NCBI RefSeq assembly: GCF_009834535.1
Contig: NC_045697.1
Coordinates: 45,944,001-46,008,000 of the forward strand
DNA: 64,000 nt
Direction: 5' to 3'
DNA from: Camelus ferus
Lineage: Eukaryota
The first letter of the stretch is position 1. Each line of letters starts with the position of its first letter. Under the pieces are notes generated by a model. It was not told the origin of the DNA. It searched no databases and saw only the letters and a list, made by a program, of their open reading frames with translations. Below, in pieces: positions 1-12,835 of the stretch. The translations under genes and the position numbers were made by a program.

Positions 1-42
1 ACATTGTGAACTGTCTATATACTTCAATAAAAATAAAAAAAT
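1..42 (+). mobile_element. 3' terminus and A-rich tail of an L1 that starts before the window
   Basis: ACATTGTGAACTGTCTATATACTTCAATAAAAATAAAAAA resembles the L1 end seen at 54136-54167 (ACATTGTAAATCAACTATACCTCAATAAAAAA). Confidence 0.7.
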
Positions 43-1038
43 ATTAAGTTTCTCACAGCCAGAAATCTCTTTATACAAAATTTTGTTTCAAATAGTCTCA
101 CCTGGATTTACTATAACCTAAAGTCCTTAAAATGAGGACTGATGTTAAAATATATCTAACTACCATAACTCAGTCTAGAAGATTATGAATAGTAGAGTTT
201 TACATTTAAAATCACAAGCAATTCAATGTCATTTCTATCACTTACATCTAAATGTCATTTCCCACACTGAGTCAAGAAAAAAAGCATAAAATAAGTACAT
301 TCAAATTTATCCATAAGCAAAAAATGCCAAGCAGACATTTAAAAAAAAATAAAACCACACACACAAAGTTATAAGCCATAAGATTTCCTTTTGAGGTGAT
401 AAAAAATATTTTTTATCTATTACATACTTAACCCTTCAGCTACAGTATCTTCCAAGATTTTACATTAAAAGGGGGCTATTTTCAGTTCACATGCGTATTT
501 ACACATACTTATATCTTAATAAGCACTCTTCTTATATTGCTTAGTATTCAAGTGTCTTGGGAAATGGCCTGGGAAAATAAGAGGTAGTTGAAACTATTTT
601 CATCATTATTTGTAATGATACTCATATTTTATACAATGACTTCCACTTTTAGATTTTTTACAGTAATAGTCATTTTTGCATTGCTAATTTTAACAGTCTT
701 ATTGTATCCTTCCTAGTCTGTCAAAACAAACACAACTGCACAAAAGTGATGAAAGCTTATGTCACTCTCTTGTAATAAAAGGATACCATTTCATACTTCA
801 GTTAGCACCTATACAAGCGAATTAACGAAGAGAAGAGCATTACATTAAAATGTAACAAGTTAGTTCCTCCACTCAGGAAAGAACTGGATTAAATTTTGGT
901 CACTATTCATAGAATTGAGCAGTACAGTTCAATATTTCTCAAAGAATATGAAAGAAATAAAAGTTGCAAATCCTAAATTCCTAATCTATTACTGCTCTAG
1001 AAAAAATTGCCAAAAGGTAAGATATATGCCATCCCATA

Positions 1039-1060
1039 CACACACACACACACACACACA
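1039..1060. repeat. (CA)11 microsatellite
   Basis: Read directly. Confidence 0.95.
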
Positions 1061-2417
1061 TATCCCTTCTTCATCATATATGTATCCTATATAAGTATAT
1101 ATCCTTTCATATGTGTGTTTGTGTGCATACATAGAGAGAAAGAGAGAATTCATAAAATGGTGGGAGGAAATCAGATTGGTATTTAAGGACTGAGAAGTAA
1201 AAGCAGTGAACACAGACTACAGCTTAAAGATGTAAAGATAACCATAAGGATGTCTTGGAGAAATCAAGAGTTGAGAGCAAGGTTGTTCAGACATTAAAGG
1301 AGAAGGAGCTCAGTTTACCAGTTCCATGTAATTGCTCTGATTTTCTGTGATAACTCAGCTTAGTAATTCCTACCCTGGAGGGGGAATGGTCTTTCAAATG
1401 CCTACAGAAAGATCTCTGACCCCACATTTCCTCTCACGTGTCCTCCAGGAAGTTAACAACACTCTTCTCTCCTGCCCCACCATTGTCAACTTCCCTACCT
1501 AAGCTTATGCTTCCCCGGAGAGTTTTATCAATTGTGCACCACATTAAATTCTCAGTAAATGAAGAGCAGTTTGTCAGGATCTCTTATTTGCCAGTTTCTA
1601 TCTGGAGAAAAGAACCACCTGAGTAAAGGAAATTTGCTATTTTAATTTACTTGATAAGTAGGTATGCAGTACAAGACTAAAGAAGGCATCAGTTTTAAAA
1701 TTTACTTGTCTTTTGTGGCATGAACTTAAACTAATGTGGGGAAAGTGGCCCTGCCTACAGCTTTGGTTTTCAATATGAGATAAAGGTGATTTTTAATACA
1801 AGGTAGGTGATCTTTATTGTATATCATCAATCAAAATATAAAGCATAATACTTCATTTCCCCTTTATTTTATTTAACAAATCACGTGTTGAACAGATATC
1901 TGCAAACACCAAAACAATACAAGTTCCAAAAGTTGATAAAATTAGATTCTGACCCACAGTGGTCTTGAATAAAATTGTGGTTTGCCAATACCACAAAGAT
2001 TTGACTCACTCATCTAAGCATTTTATAATATAAAAATAGTCGGAGAGGGATAATATCATGGCCTTTTATAAAATCAGTCATCCTTGATCAAGAATAATTA
2101 GGACCACACAAAACATGAAAGTACTTCAAGTTATTTTCCATGTGGTAAAATATTGGGTAGTTGAGTAGAACTGAGCAGAACCAAGATACCGAATTAAAAC
2201 CTTAACAAAATGATCATTGTAATTAAAATTCATCCTAAAAATGAAAAAAACAGTATTTTCCAACTAACAAATTTTTTATGCTTATTTTTTTCTATTAAGT
2301 TATAAACAAGAAAAAATAAAGAGGATAAATATTAATTACATCAAAGATAGTGCCATCTTTGAACATTGTAGAAATTGTTTTCTGTGTTCAAAAATGTTGA
2401 GGCAAGTTCAAACTGTT

Positions 2418-2649
2418 AAGAAAGCTCTGAGAAACCTATCCAAAGTTATATGATAGAAATTTTTTAATTTAAAAGCTAATTTAAATAAGTTAATTGAAAT
2501 ATATGTATATACTTATGAACTATAAGTATACGAAAGAAAGCTCTGAGAAACCTATCCAAAGTTATATGAATAGAAATTTTTTAATTTAAAAGCTAATTTA
2601 AATAAGTTAATTGAAATATATGTATATACTTATGAACTATAAGTATACG
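2418..2649. repeat. Near-perfect tandem duplication, 2 x ~115 bp
   Basis: 2418-2532 and 2534-2649 both read AAGAAAGCTCTGAGAAACC...TATAAGTATACG. The only difference seen is a 1-nt A indel (TATGATAG vs TATGAATAG). Confidence 0.95.
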
Positions 2650-3044
2650 CTCAGATTTCTATATAAATTGAAATTGTAATAAAGACTACATTAATTACAA
2701 AAGAAAGCACCTCCAGAGAAAAACTGAGCTATTAAGTACAATAAACCAATTCCATTTTGAGTACTTTTGTTCCATTTAAAATGAGTTAAATTTCAATAAG
2801 CAATAATTCATATTGTAAATACAAAAGTCCAAGAGCAGTGGAAGGGTAAGCTACAGTTGGAGAGGCCCAAGTTATCTTACAAATTATCAGAAAGGTTGAT
2901 TGTTAATGCACTAATCTGTACTTGCTATGATCACATACTTTACAGGCTTCAACGGGTTTTGTTAAAACCCCCAGTTTCAGAACAACCAGACTTAGCTGTC
3001 GTCTCAGTGATATGTCCACATTTTATTTAAGTAAATAAGATCAC

Positions 3045-3125
3045 CTTCCATTTGGTTATTCCAGTAATTTTGAGTACTTAGAAGATCCAGAAATTCTAAA
3101 GTCCCACAGCGAGCACGTGGGCAGC
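3045..3125 (-). other. Candidate 81-nt exon of a minus-strand host gene
   Basis: Minus strand reads ...aaaacctttttttcccctccatcag|GCTGCCCACG...CCAAATGGAAG|gtgatc, with a strong polypyrimidine tract plus CAG acceptor and an AAG|GTGA donor. Length is divisible by 3, one frame is open (CPRARCGTLEFLDLLSTQNYWNNQME), and it lies in CpG-retaining non-repeat DNA. Confidence 0.5.
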
Positions 3126-4272
3126 CTGATGGAGGGGAAAAAAGGTTTTAAAAAAAGAACTAAAATCACTTCCTGTGGTTAACGTTTTAGAACCTAGTCC
3201 AGAACAGTCTGTACCAATATTGTGGGTTTGTCGGTATCTTATTTATGAACATCGGAAACAGACTTGCATGAGTGCCATACTTTGAGTACGACGCACGTGT
3301 GAGACAGATGGAACTTGTATTTCTATCAGATGTAATTAAAAACTTATTGAATATACTGCCAAATACCACAAATATTAAAACATTTTAGAATAAATTTACT
3401 ATTGCTTTGACAGCAGTTTTAGCAAAATAGCTGGTTATTCCAACAAATGAGAAGACTGAGTATACTGGACTAGCAGAATTATTGCAATTAAAAACATGGT
3501 AGCTTGGTGTAGACTAATTTTGTTAGTACTATACATACAATCTATACAGATTTAAATTTAAGAATTTTATTGTAATAAAATACACCAGGCTCTTGTATGT
3601 GAAAAATTAGGAAACAGCTTTTAAGTGAGATCTCCCAAGGAGAAATTAATAAATCAGAAGAGAACAAACTCAAAAATTGAACACTGAATGAAACTTTCTA
3701 TACAGTGAAACAAGGCCACCCAAAAGAGACTGCCCATTGAGACACAACATGGTTTCCCATCATATTCTTCTGAGAATTCCTTTCAAAAAATGCCAAATGC
3801 ATCAGAGAGATTAGTTAGGATAGTAATATTAAATAACCAATGGATTGATGAACTAGAGGTCCCTGGTGATGCTGGAAAGGGCAATTTTAGTTGAGATGGG
3901 AATTCAATCCAAATTGCAGTGCTCTGAGGACTAAATGGATGTTTAGGTAGGATTCTCCCCCACCAAGAAAATAATATGCTAACATTTCAAAACACAAATG
4001 CATAAGCTTGTCATTGAAACAGCAACAACAAAAAAATGAAGTAAAGAAGTAGGTTTCTAAATTCTTTAGAGCTAGGCTTGGTATTAATGGTTATTTTATA
4101 TAAATAAAATGAGATGTAACATGACAAGGTTTAATTAGAAGTTATGAGACATTTTGCCATCATACTCTAGAATGTGAGCTTTAATTTGAGAAATATTGAC
4201 TTTATAATTTTTATTAATGTTAGGAGAAAAGCTATCAAGAGGAGACAGAGAAAACAACGTAAGTGTGCACTG

Positions 4273-4827
4273 ATAGATGAACTGATAAAGAAAATGTGGT
4301 ATATATTATATATTTAGTGAAAAAGAAAGAAATATTGCCATTTTTTACAACACAGACGGACTTTGAGGGCATTATGCTAAGTAAAATATGTCAGACAGAG
4401 AAAGACATATGATCTTACGTATATGTGAAATCTAAAAAAACAACAAAAACAAACAAACAAAAAAACCTCACAGATACAGAGACCAGATTGGTGGTTGACA
4501 GAGGCAGGGGTGAGGGAGTGGGTGAAATGGGTGAAGGGAGTTAAAAAGTACAAATTTCCTAGTTATTTAATAAATAAGTCATGGGGATGTAATGCATAAT
4601 GTGGTGAATATAATAAATAATACTGTAATAAACATTTGTGAGCCACTGAAAGAGTACATCTGAAAAGGTTTCATCATAAGAAAAAAAATTTTGTTACTAT
4701 ATATGGTAATGGATGTTAACTAGAATTACTGTGGTGATTATTTGGCAGTATATGCACATATATCACATCATGTTGTATGCATAAAACTAATATAATGTTA
4801 TATATCATTTATATCTCAATAAAAAAA
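4273..4827 (+). mobile_element. L1 (L1MA-type) 3' fragment
   Basis: ORF2 C-terminal remnant (GATGAACTGATAAAGAAAATGTGG...ATGCTAAGTAAAATATGTCAGACAGAGAAAGAC) followed by an L1MA-like 3'UTR ending TATATCTCAATAAAAAAA. Confidence 0.85.
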
Positions 4828-5329
4828 GAGATGGAACTAAAATGGTCAAAGTAGCTCATGTACCTAAACTCCCACATGCACTCACCCACTAAAATTAATA
4901 CAAATTAAAGAAGTAATATTGAAAGTAGATTAAACTCTCTTAACTATCAGAAATTTTCCACTTAGATGATTCGTTTTTTAAAAACTACATGCATACTGTT
5001 AACAAGAAATAAAATTATATCAAAATACCAAAAAAGGGTAATGATTAAAGGGAAGAAAAAAGTATATAGAGCAAATGCTAGCGGTATGTGCAATAATGTA
5101 GAAACGTTAATGTCAGAAACATTAAAGTTTAAAACATTACATGGTAAAAAAAAATCTAATTAGTGTTCTAGTAAGTAAATTCAAATTTGAAGCATATTGT
5201 CATTATTATACTATATTACAAGAAAAGAATAATGTGAAATATCAAGCACAACAAAAATCCTAAACTAAACATGGTACACCATATTATGTGTTGCCATTAA
5301 TAACTGTTACATGAAATCACTACCTTGAA

Positions 5330-6255
5330 GAGTTATTTGTACTCCCATGTTCAGTGAAGAATTAGTCACCTTACCCAAGGTATGAAAACAATCTAAGTGT
5401 CCTCCAGCAAATGAATGGATAAAGAAAATGTGGTTTATATATACAATGGAATAGTATTGTCTTTTTAAAAAATCCTGGCATTTGCAACAACATGGATAAA
5501 CTTGAAGGGAATTATGCTAAGTGAAATAAACCAGACAAAGAAAGATAAATACAGTTGTCTTTCAGTATCCATGAGATCTGGGTTCCAAAACCCCTCCCAC
5601 AGATACACAAAATCTGTGTATCATCAAGTCCTTATATAAAATTTGCATATAGCCTATGCACATCTTCCCATATACTCTAGGTTACTTACAATGCCTAATA
5701 CAAGGTAAATAGTACAATAGTTGTAAATACAATATAAATGCTATGTAAATAGTTGCTGGTGTGAGGCAAATTCAAGTTCTGCTTTTTGGAGCTTTCTGGA
5801 AGTTTTTATTTTTCCAAATATTTGCCATCCACCATTGGTTGAATTTGCAGATGCAGAATCCACAGACACAAAGGGCAGACTGTACTGTGTGATGTCGCAT
5901 ACATGCAAAATCTAAAAAAAAAGGAGAACTCATAGATAAAGAGTAGAAATGGTGGTTGCCAGGGACTAGGGTGTGGAGGAAATAGAAGCTGGTTAAAGGG
6001 TAAAAACCTTCAGTTATAAGATAAATGTATAACATGATGACTACAGTTGATAATACTATATTGTATAATTGAAATTTGCTAAGAGAGTAGTACTAAGTGT
6101 TCTCACAAAAAAGAAAAGGTAAATACATGAAGTAACAGATGTGTTAATGGTGGTAATTTAGGAATCCTTTCACAATGTCTCTGTGTATCAAAGCATCATG
6201 ATGTATGCCTTAAATACATAAAATTTTTACTTAAAATATTTTTATAAATAAATAA
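5330..6255 (+). mobile_element. L1MA-type 3' fragment interrupted by MER2B
   Basis: ATGAATGGATAAAGAAAATGTGG...GCTAAGTGAAATAAACCAGAC, resuming after 5884 into the 3'UTR. Confidence 0.85.
5552..5882 (+). mobile_element. MER2/MER2B-like TcMar-Tigger MITE
   Basis: Termini CAGTTGTCTTTCAGTATCC and CAGACACAAAGGGCAGACTG are imperfect TIRs. TA duplication at 5550-5551 and 5883-5884. Confidence 0.85.
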
Positions 6256-6657
6256 ACAAATTAGTTACAGACAAATATTTAAGAATTTTGAACTTAGTCC
6301 AAAATATACTGTTAGGTTAAAAAGCAAATTTCAAAATGGAATGTATGGCATGATCCAAATTTTAAACAGTATATAAAATATAGATTCACATGTATATTTT
6401 AAGATGAAAAGAAAGAAGTAAATCAAAATACCAAATTCGGTTGGCAGAATTACAGGGAATCTTTATCATCCTTGCTTACTTCTTATCTTCTATATTGAAT
6501 ACATATCTCTTTTATAAAAGGTTACTTTTAGAATAATGAATATTGACTTTATCTTACTCATACTCTATTCCTTAACTTATAAATTAATATATTTTGTTTT
6601 ATTTTAAGAGCCTCATTTATCAAAGCCACGTAAGGAAATCTACATCAAAAGAAATGA

Positions 6658-6862
6658 CAACAAACTAGTGGTTACCAGCTGGGGGAGGTGGGGATGGGCA
6701 ATACAGGGGTGAGGGAGTGGGAAGTACAAACTACTAGGTGTAACATACGCTCAAGAATGTATTGCACAACAGCAAGGAATACAGCCAATATTCTGTAATA
6801 ACTATAAATGGAAAATAATGTTTAAAAATTGTACAAAAATTTAAAAATTTTAAGTAAAAAAA
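6658..6862 (+). mobile_element. Short 5'-truncated L1 3' end (Laurasiatherian type)
   Basis: CAAACTAGTGGTTACCAG...GTACAAACTACTAGGTGTAA...CAGCCAATATTCTGTAATAACTATAAATGG plus A-rich tail. Possible TSD AAA(T/C)GACAA on both sides. Confidence 0.75.
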
Positions 6863-7499
6863 CGACAAAAATCACTTGTTAACAGAAATTGCTTTACTGC
6901 GTTCAGAAAATTAAACAAAAAGAAAAATTGATATGAACTGTACAATTACTTTGGTATAAATTAAAGAAAATTTTCTTCTAAATAAAGAGAAATTGACTAA
7001 CTAATTTTTTTTTTACCCACATAAAAAATTTCACAATGACCAAGAATTGGCAGCTAAATGTGTCTACAATGTTTATATCACTTCCTAAAATGTTACTTTA
7101 ATATATAGGTAAAATTTGTTCTTGCAGTAGATCCTTTTTTGCTAGGAAATTAAGCTATATAAGGATACATTTCAAAAAGGAAATTAGAGTTTCAGCCAAA
7201 TTAAATAGTTTTTCCTTCTCCTTCCTCTTGCTACCTTCATTGTAAAACATAAGCTAATATACTGAATTTTCAAATTGTGGATGAATACCAAATCTATAAA
7301 ATCTAGCCTACCTTTATATGCCTTAACAAAATGAAATAAAATACAACATATAAATTGTGATGGTTTTCTTTTAAAACATGAGGTAAAGATACACATCTCT
7401 CTTCAGATTATAATTGAGAAAGTGCTGGACTTGGAGGCAGATATACTGGAATTAAGACTCTTAACTGCCACAGATTATCACTTTGACTTTTCTGACCAC

Positions 7500-8420
7500 A
7501 TCCATTAATATATTCGTTTATTTCAAAAATATTGACTATATGTATATTCTAGTCACTAAAACATAGGGGTGAGATTAGAGCAACGGGAAAGAAAGACAGG
7601 CGAGGTCTCAGCTCTCTTGAGGGTTTCATTTAGTGCAATGAAAGCCAATAACAAATACCTGAATAACTAAAGATAATTATAAACTGTATTCTTTTTAAAA
7701 AGCTGTGAAGGAAATAAACAAAATTGACAAAGGATTAAGGAGCAGAGGATGGCTTAGTTAACTCAAGTGGTCAGGGAAGACTGTTTAACATAACTGCCAT
7801 TTGAGCTGAGACCAGAAGGATGAGGATGAGAACACGTAGCAGAGCAATCCAAGCAGGGGAAAGGCAAGTTAGTGGAACAGGAATTCACATGGGCTGTGAG
7901 GAATGGAAAGGAAGTGAGGAAGGTCAGAGGGCCGTGAGCACATGAGCATAGGTAGAGTGTATGAGGTACAGATAGGCCACTGTTGGATCACACGGAGACT
8001 GATAAGCCACAGGAAGGAGCTAAGATTTTTCTATTTAAAGGGAAGCCAAGCAGAGGTCTTAAGCAAGGAAGTTACCTGATCAGATTTATGTTTAAAAAAG
8101 AAAAATCATACTACCTGTGAAGTACTATAGGAAAGCAAAAGATGGGAACAGTTAGGGTACTTTGATGATGACTTTTCTAAGATAGTGGAGTTGGGGATAA
8201 TGGGAAGAGGAGCAGGTTTAGATGAAGAATGGGTCTGGAAATCAAGCAAAAAGTTAACTTCAAGAATATAAATCAACCAGGTATGACATGTAGATGACAC
8301 AGATATTTCAGGCTCAAGCTCAGAGAGAGGCTCGAGCTGAATACAAACTAAGAGTCATCAGCATTTAGAAGCAGTTTTAAAGGCATGGGAAATATATGAA
8401 GTATGCATTTAGAGAATATA
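7500..8420 (-). mobile_element. L2 LINE fragment
   Basis: Starts with a degenerate CATT/TATTC L2 tail (reverse orientation), then purine-rich L2 3' sequence (GTGGTCAGGGAAGAC, TTTGAGCTGAGACC, GATCAGATTTATGTTT). Confidence 0.7.
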
Positions 8421-8472
8421 AATTACAAAGATAAATAATTAACACTGTATCCACCTTGACTGGTGAGCAACT

Positions 8473-8780
8473 GTATTAAGCATCTCTTTATTCTGATGCT
8501 GTTACACCTGGAGTCTTGCTGACCCTGAAGAGGCGGCCCCTCCTTGGACCAGGCAGTTCCTGGAGATAGTAAAGGACCCCCCTGAAAGTGCACCTACCTT
8601 CCATGTATCAATCAATTGATTCAAAGCCCCAATCATAAATACTCCCAATCATATCATTTATCAGGCTCTCACTCTCCCAGTGACTATGCCCCGCCCTCAT
8701 CACCCAGCCCAGGTACCATACAACTAGAGACAGCCTTATGCATACTCCAGAGCCTGATGAAACTATTTAAACTAGCAACT
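8473..8780 (+). mobile_element. MER74-like ERVL LTR, 5' part
   Basis: TGTATTAAG...GTCTTGCTGACCCTG...TTCCTGGAGATAGTAAA...CCAGGTACCATACAACTAGAGACAGCC matches the recalled MER74A consensus. Confidence 0.75.
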
Positions 8781-9094
8781 AGCGTTATCTGCACCAAGAT
8801 GTATTTCCTTCTGACTCCTTTACACATACTTCCAAATGCCTCCATTTTATCCTACATAAAAACTCTCTGCCTTTGACCTCCCATTGGTCACAACTATTTT
8901 CCCTGGATCTCCCGAAGAACTAGTTTATCATGAGCCACTACATGCTTGTTTACTTTTCAAAAACATACCATCATTAATTCTTCTTGACACTAGATTATCA
9001 AAAATATTAACCTATGAAATTTGATGATAATGAACAGTAAAGTAGAAGTTTTTGTAAGTTATTACACAGATATGGGCTGTGTAATATTGTTTAC

Positions 9095-9115
9095 CTGACT
9101 ACAATAAAATATTTC
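9095..9115 (-). other. Candidate 21-nt microexon
   Basis: Minus strand reads gttttctttctgtttaag|GAAATATTTTATTGTAGTCAG|gtaaac. Two frames are open (EIFYCSQ or KYFIVV). Confidence 0.35.
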
Positions 9116-10993
9116 CTTAAACAGAAAGAAAACGGCTGTATTACCCTTATGTCCTATCTATGAATGTTAACTGTGGTATTTGTCGGCATATCATATGTGT
9201 TGTCCTGTGTGTTTTCCAGATGAGTTCTTTTTTAAAGCCTGAGCAAAGCTCATTACTGTTTAGTGCTTTTATCAAATGGCATCCAGAATTCTAAATTTAA
9301 TTTTGCCACCTCCATTTTTATGAACATATTAAACTTACAGAAAACCTGGTATCCAGCCTATATTAATTCTATTTTTAAACCATGAACTTATCCCTAAATT
9401 TTTAAAAAATCTTACTTATTAAAATAATCATTATATAAAATGTGTGGTCTTTCCTGAAAAGCATATTACAATTATTTTTTATTACTGTTAAATAATTTTG
9501 ATCCACAGCTTAATGACATCCATATTAGACAAAATTAAATATATTTAACAAAGCATTTCATGTCAGAATATTTTTACTCTTGGCAAACACTGTTAAACAC
9601 TAAACTGAACTTTTTTCTAGGAGAATGACAAGCTACACATGCAATGTTAAAACTAAAAATTGCCTTTCGTAAAATGGAGAGGCAAGTAAGATTGATTGAC
9701 GAAGAAAAACACCCTCTTTATAGAAATACTACAGAAAATGAAATTTATGTAATAAAAAGTTATGGGTAAAATTGTCTTTAAAAAAGCAGTAATCCCTTCT
9801 GTAGAACATTTTACTGAATTATTGGATAGCTATAATGGTTTAAATCTTAAACATAATGACTATTTAATGTACTGGGTTTTAAACTATGAGATCACAAATG
9901 TGTTTGATATTTTTAAGTGCTAATTTAGGCAAAAAAAAAAAAAAAAAAGTCCAGAAAAGTTTTGGTAAATGTAAAGAACATAAATTGGGAATTCCAAGAA
10001 TATATAAATTATATTATTTCTAGAAGAAGAAAAACAGGATAAGGAGCCCCTTGGTTCAGCATTTATATATTTAACCTCTGTTATTAGCCAGGAACTCTTC
10101 TGGGTACTAGAGAATGAGACAGAAGAGGTTTCTGCATCCATAGATCTCACATTCTACAGGACAGACATCGATAAAGGAGAACAAGAGTAGATAGTGACTT
10201 GTTAAATCAAAGTCAGGAGGCTCTGTAACTGAAGTTAGGCTGAAGCAGAAAAAGACCAAGTGACAAAGAAGTCAACGTTTAAAAGAGTCAAAATCAGATG
10301 GCATAGGTAAGGATTCTGAAGCCTTTAGGTGATAGAGGCTGTACCTAAAGTGGAAAGCTATCCGTACATTTGCCATGTTAAGAACCAGTAGTGAGAGGAT
10401 GAGGAGACCCTTATAGATTTGTCCAGGAGACCCTGAGTTGGGTAGGTTATATTAAGCTTCACAGAGGGATAGGATACTAAGTAGAACAGAAAATGTAAGG
10501 AAAAAATAAAATAGAATACATATTACTTCTTTTAAAAAACCTAAGTCATCATAGATGACAAAGATCATTGTCAATAAAGTAATTTTTTTAAATTAAACAC
10601 ACTTTTCGTAACTGCTAAAATAATGTACTAATAGCTTGAAGTTACTAAATTGATTATTTTTATGCCTTTGGTGACATAAGTTCTGTACATCTTCCCAAAG
10701 TATTTGACAGAACTGAAATAATGCTACACTAGAGCAGCACTTAGAAACGGGGAGAAAAGAGGCCCACCTACACAAAGTGCCCAAATACACTTAGGACTGG
10801 GCATTCAACAAGAAAGTTCTGCTTACTAGAATGTTATAGTGTATAGGAGATAGCACGGATCTAGAAAAATATAAGGTCAAAGTTGCAAATAGGACTCTAA
10901 ATGTCTGAAGCACCTGGCTGGTCACACAGGCGGGTTGTCACAGGTGATCAGGCTCAGGGGATATAGATTTCTGCTAACCAAACCTCCAAGAGA

Positions 10994-11432
10994 TGAATTC
11001 GTTTTCTACTGCTGCTATAACAAATTACCAAAAACTAAGTGATGTAAAACAACATATATTTATTCTATTATAGTTCTGTAAATTAGGGCTCTAGGGGAAA
11101 ATGCACTTCTCTGTCTTTTTCACATTCTAGAGGTCACCTGAATTCCCAGGTTGTGGCCTCCTTCAATCTTCAAAGCCAGAAAGCAGTTCAGTCCTTCTCA
11201 CATAGCATCACCATGATGTCCTCTTCTGCCTCGCTTGTCCACTTTGACACCACTGGGATTACAGTAGGCCCACCAGGATAATCTAGGATAATCTCCCTAC
11301 TTTAACTTCAGCGGATCAGGAATCTCACTTCCATCTACAGCTTTATTTCCCCTTTGTCAGATAGATAACATTCACAAATTCCAGGGATTAAGACATGGAC
11401 ATCTTTGGGGACTCATTACTCTGCCTAATACA
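10994..11432 (-). mobile_element. MLT1D-like MaLR solo LTR
   Basis: Reverse complement starts TGTATTAGGCAGAGTAATGAGTCCCCAAAGATGTCCATGTCTTAATCCC. The other end carries CTGCTATAACAAATTACC. Confidence 0.85.
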
Positions 11433-11529
11433 TCCTCAGTTCTCTTGGAAGTCCCTGCTTCAGAATTTACATATACATTAATAAATATATTTAAAAGATA
11501 AGAGTTGAGGTAACATTATCATTCACTAA

Positions 11530-11760
11530 GAGCTAGTGTTCAGAGAGAGAGAGAGACCTGATTCAAATTTCAGCTTCAACATTTAATGGCTATTTGATGT
11601 AACATATTTTTGAAATTATCTGGACAATGATTTCCTCATCTAAGAAACTGAGAAAAAATATCTCACAGGATTATTGTGAGGGTAAAGGTAAATTAGGTAA
11701 AAGGCTGGACACAATACCTGACAGTATAAGTCCTTCAGAAACACTAGCTGATAGTATTAG
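11530..11760 (+). mobile_element. MIR SINE
   Basis: AGACCTGATTCAAATTTCAGCTTC...TTTCCTCATCTAAGAAACTGAG...CTCACAGGATTATTGTGAGG (MIR core). Confidence 0.7.
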
Positions 11761-12679
11761 ATTATTGAAAACAATGCACTGTTTGCTACCTCTCTGAATT
11801 GCTGCCCAGGGTTAAGACTGTCTTCCTTAATTTATTGTCTACTGCTTTGTTCTTTACTGTTTTACTAACGTGAACAATTGCTAAACAGCATATGTCACTA
11901 CAGCCTGCATGCCAAGAAATTTTATTAAGTTCATGTGCTAAAAACTTTCTCATTTCTTGGATGACTTAATAAGACACTTCCTAGGAGTACTATAATCTTG
12001 AATGGTATTTTAATCTTTCCAAAAGGAACGCTTTATGGGTAATATTGTTATTAAACAAATAATAGAAATATCATCTACATAAAAGTGACAGTCCATGAGA
12101 TTTCACTCTGAATTTCTTTTCATCCTCTAATATCTCTTCCTGGTCAGAGAAAAGAGAAAATGTAGTTAGAGCTAGTACTGATACTACTGCAAAGAGTTTA
12201 ATATGTGCTTTCTTATTGATCTGGTACACATTTCTGTTAAAAGAATTTCAAGCATCATAAAATTTTTCCTTAAATTCTATATTCCCAGGTAGAGTTGCCA
12301 CCTGTGCAGTTATACAGCCATTTTACAATATTCTCTGACTCTTCCACTTCTTTTATTACTATCCAGTTTTAGATAGTAATCCTTTCTCATATAATTACTC
12401 AAAACATGTGCATTCCCAAATTTTCAAAAAATGCCACATATACCAGAACACAAAATATTTTTTCTTAACACTTCTTGGAATATTATTTCAAAATTAAATG
12501 TTTGACATTGAGTATTAGCCATGTACCATGTCCTAAATATAAACCAGGCTCCTAGTGGAAGATTCTTGGATGGACAGTATAAATAGGGGGAAAAAATACA
12601 TGGTAGCCTCACGATCATCATGTTAACTGGTGACAATAAATAAATACTTGTTCAATTGTATTTTCTGTTTTCAGCTGAG

Positions 12680-12835
12680 AAGTAGGAACACCTGTATTTT
12701 AGCCCAAGCTCTGCTACTAATTAGCATGAAATTTTTAAACAAGTCACTTATAAGCCCTCAGGGTCAGGCATAGTTTCCTCAATCTATAAAACAAGGAAAT
12801 GAAGACTAGGTCTCTACGTTTCCTTCTAGTTTTAA
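12680..12835 (+). mobile_element. MIR fragment
   Basis: CCCAAGCTCTGCTACTAATTAGC...ACAAGTCACTT...AGTTTCCTCAATCTATAAAA. Confidence 0.6.

Noticed and set aside
102..117. 16-nt minus-strand microexon (ctttag|GTTATAGTAAATCCAG|gtgaga)
   Set aside because: Good donor but weak polypyrimidine tract. I cannot distinguish it from chance.
9054..9094. Pre-miRNA
   Set aside because: The stem is too short (10 bp perfect, ~40 nt total) for a Drosha substrate.
9022..9098. C/D box snoRNA-like pair TGATGA...CTGA on the + strand
   Set aside because: No purine before the C box, no terminal stem, no clear C'/D' boxes, and it is antisense to the inferred host gene.
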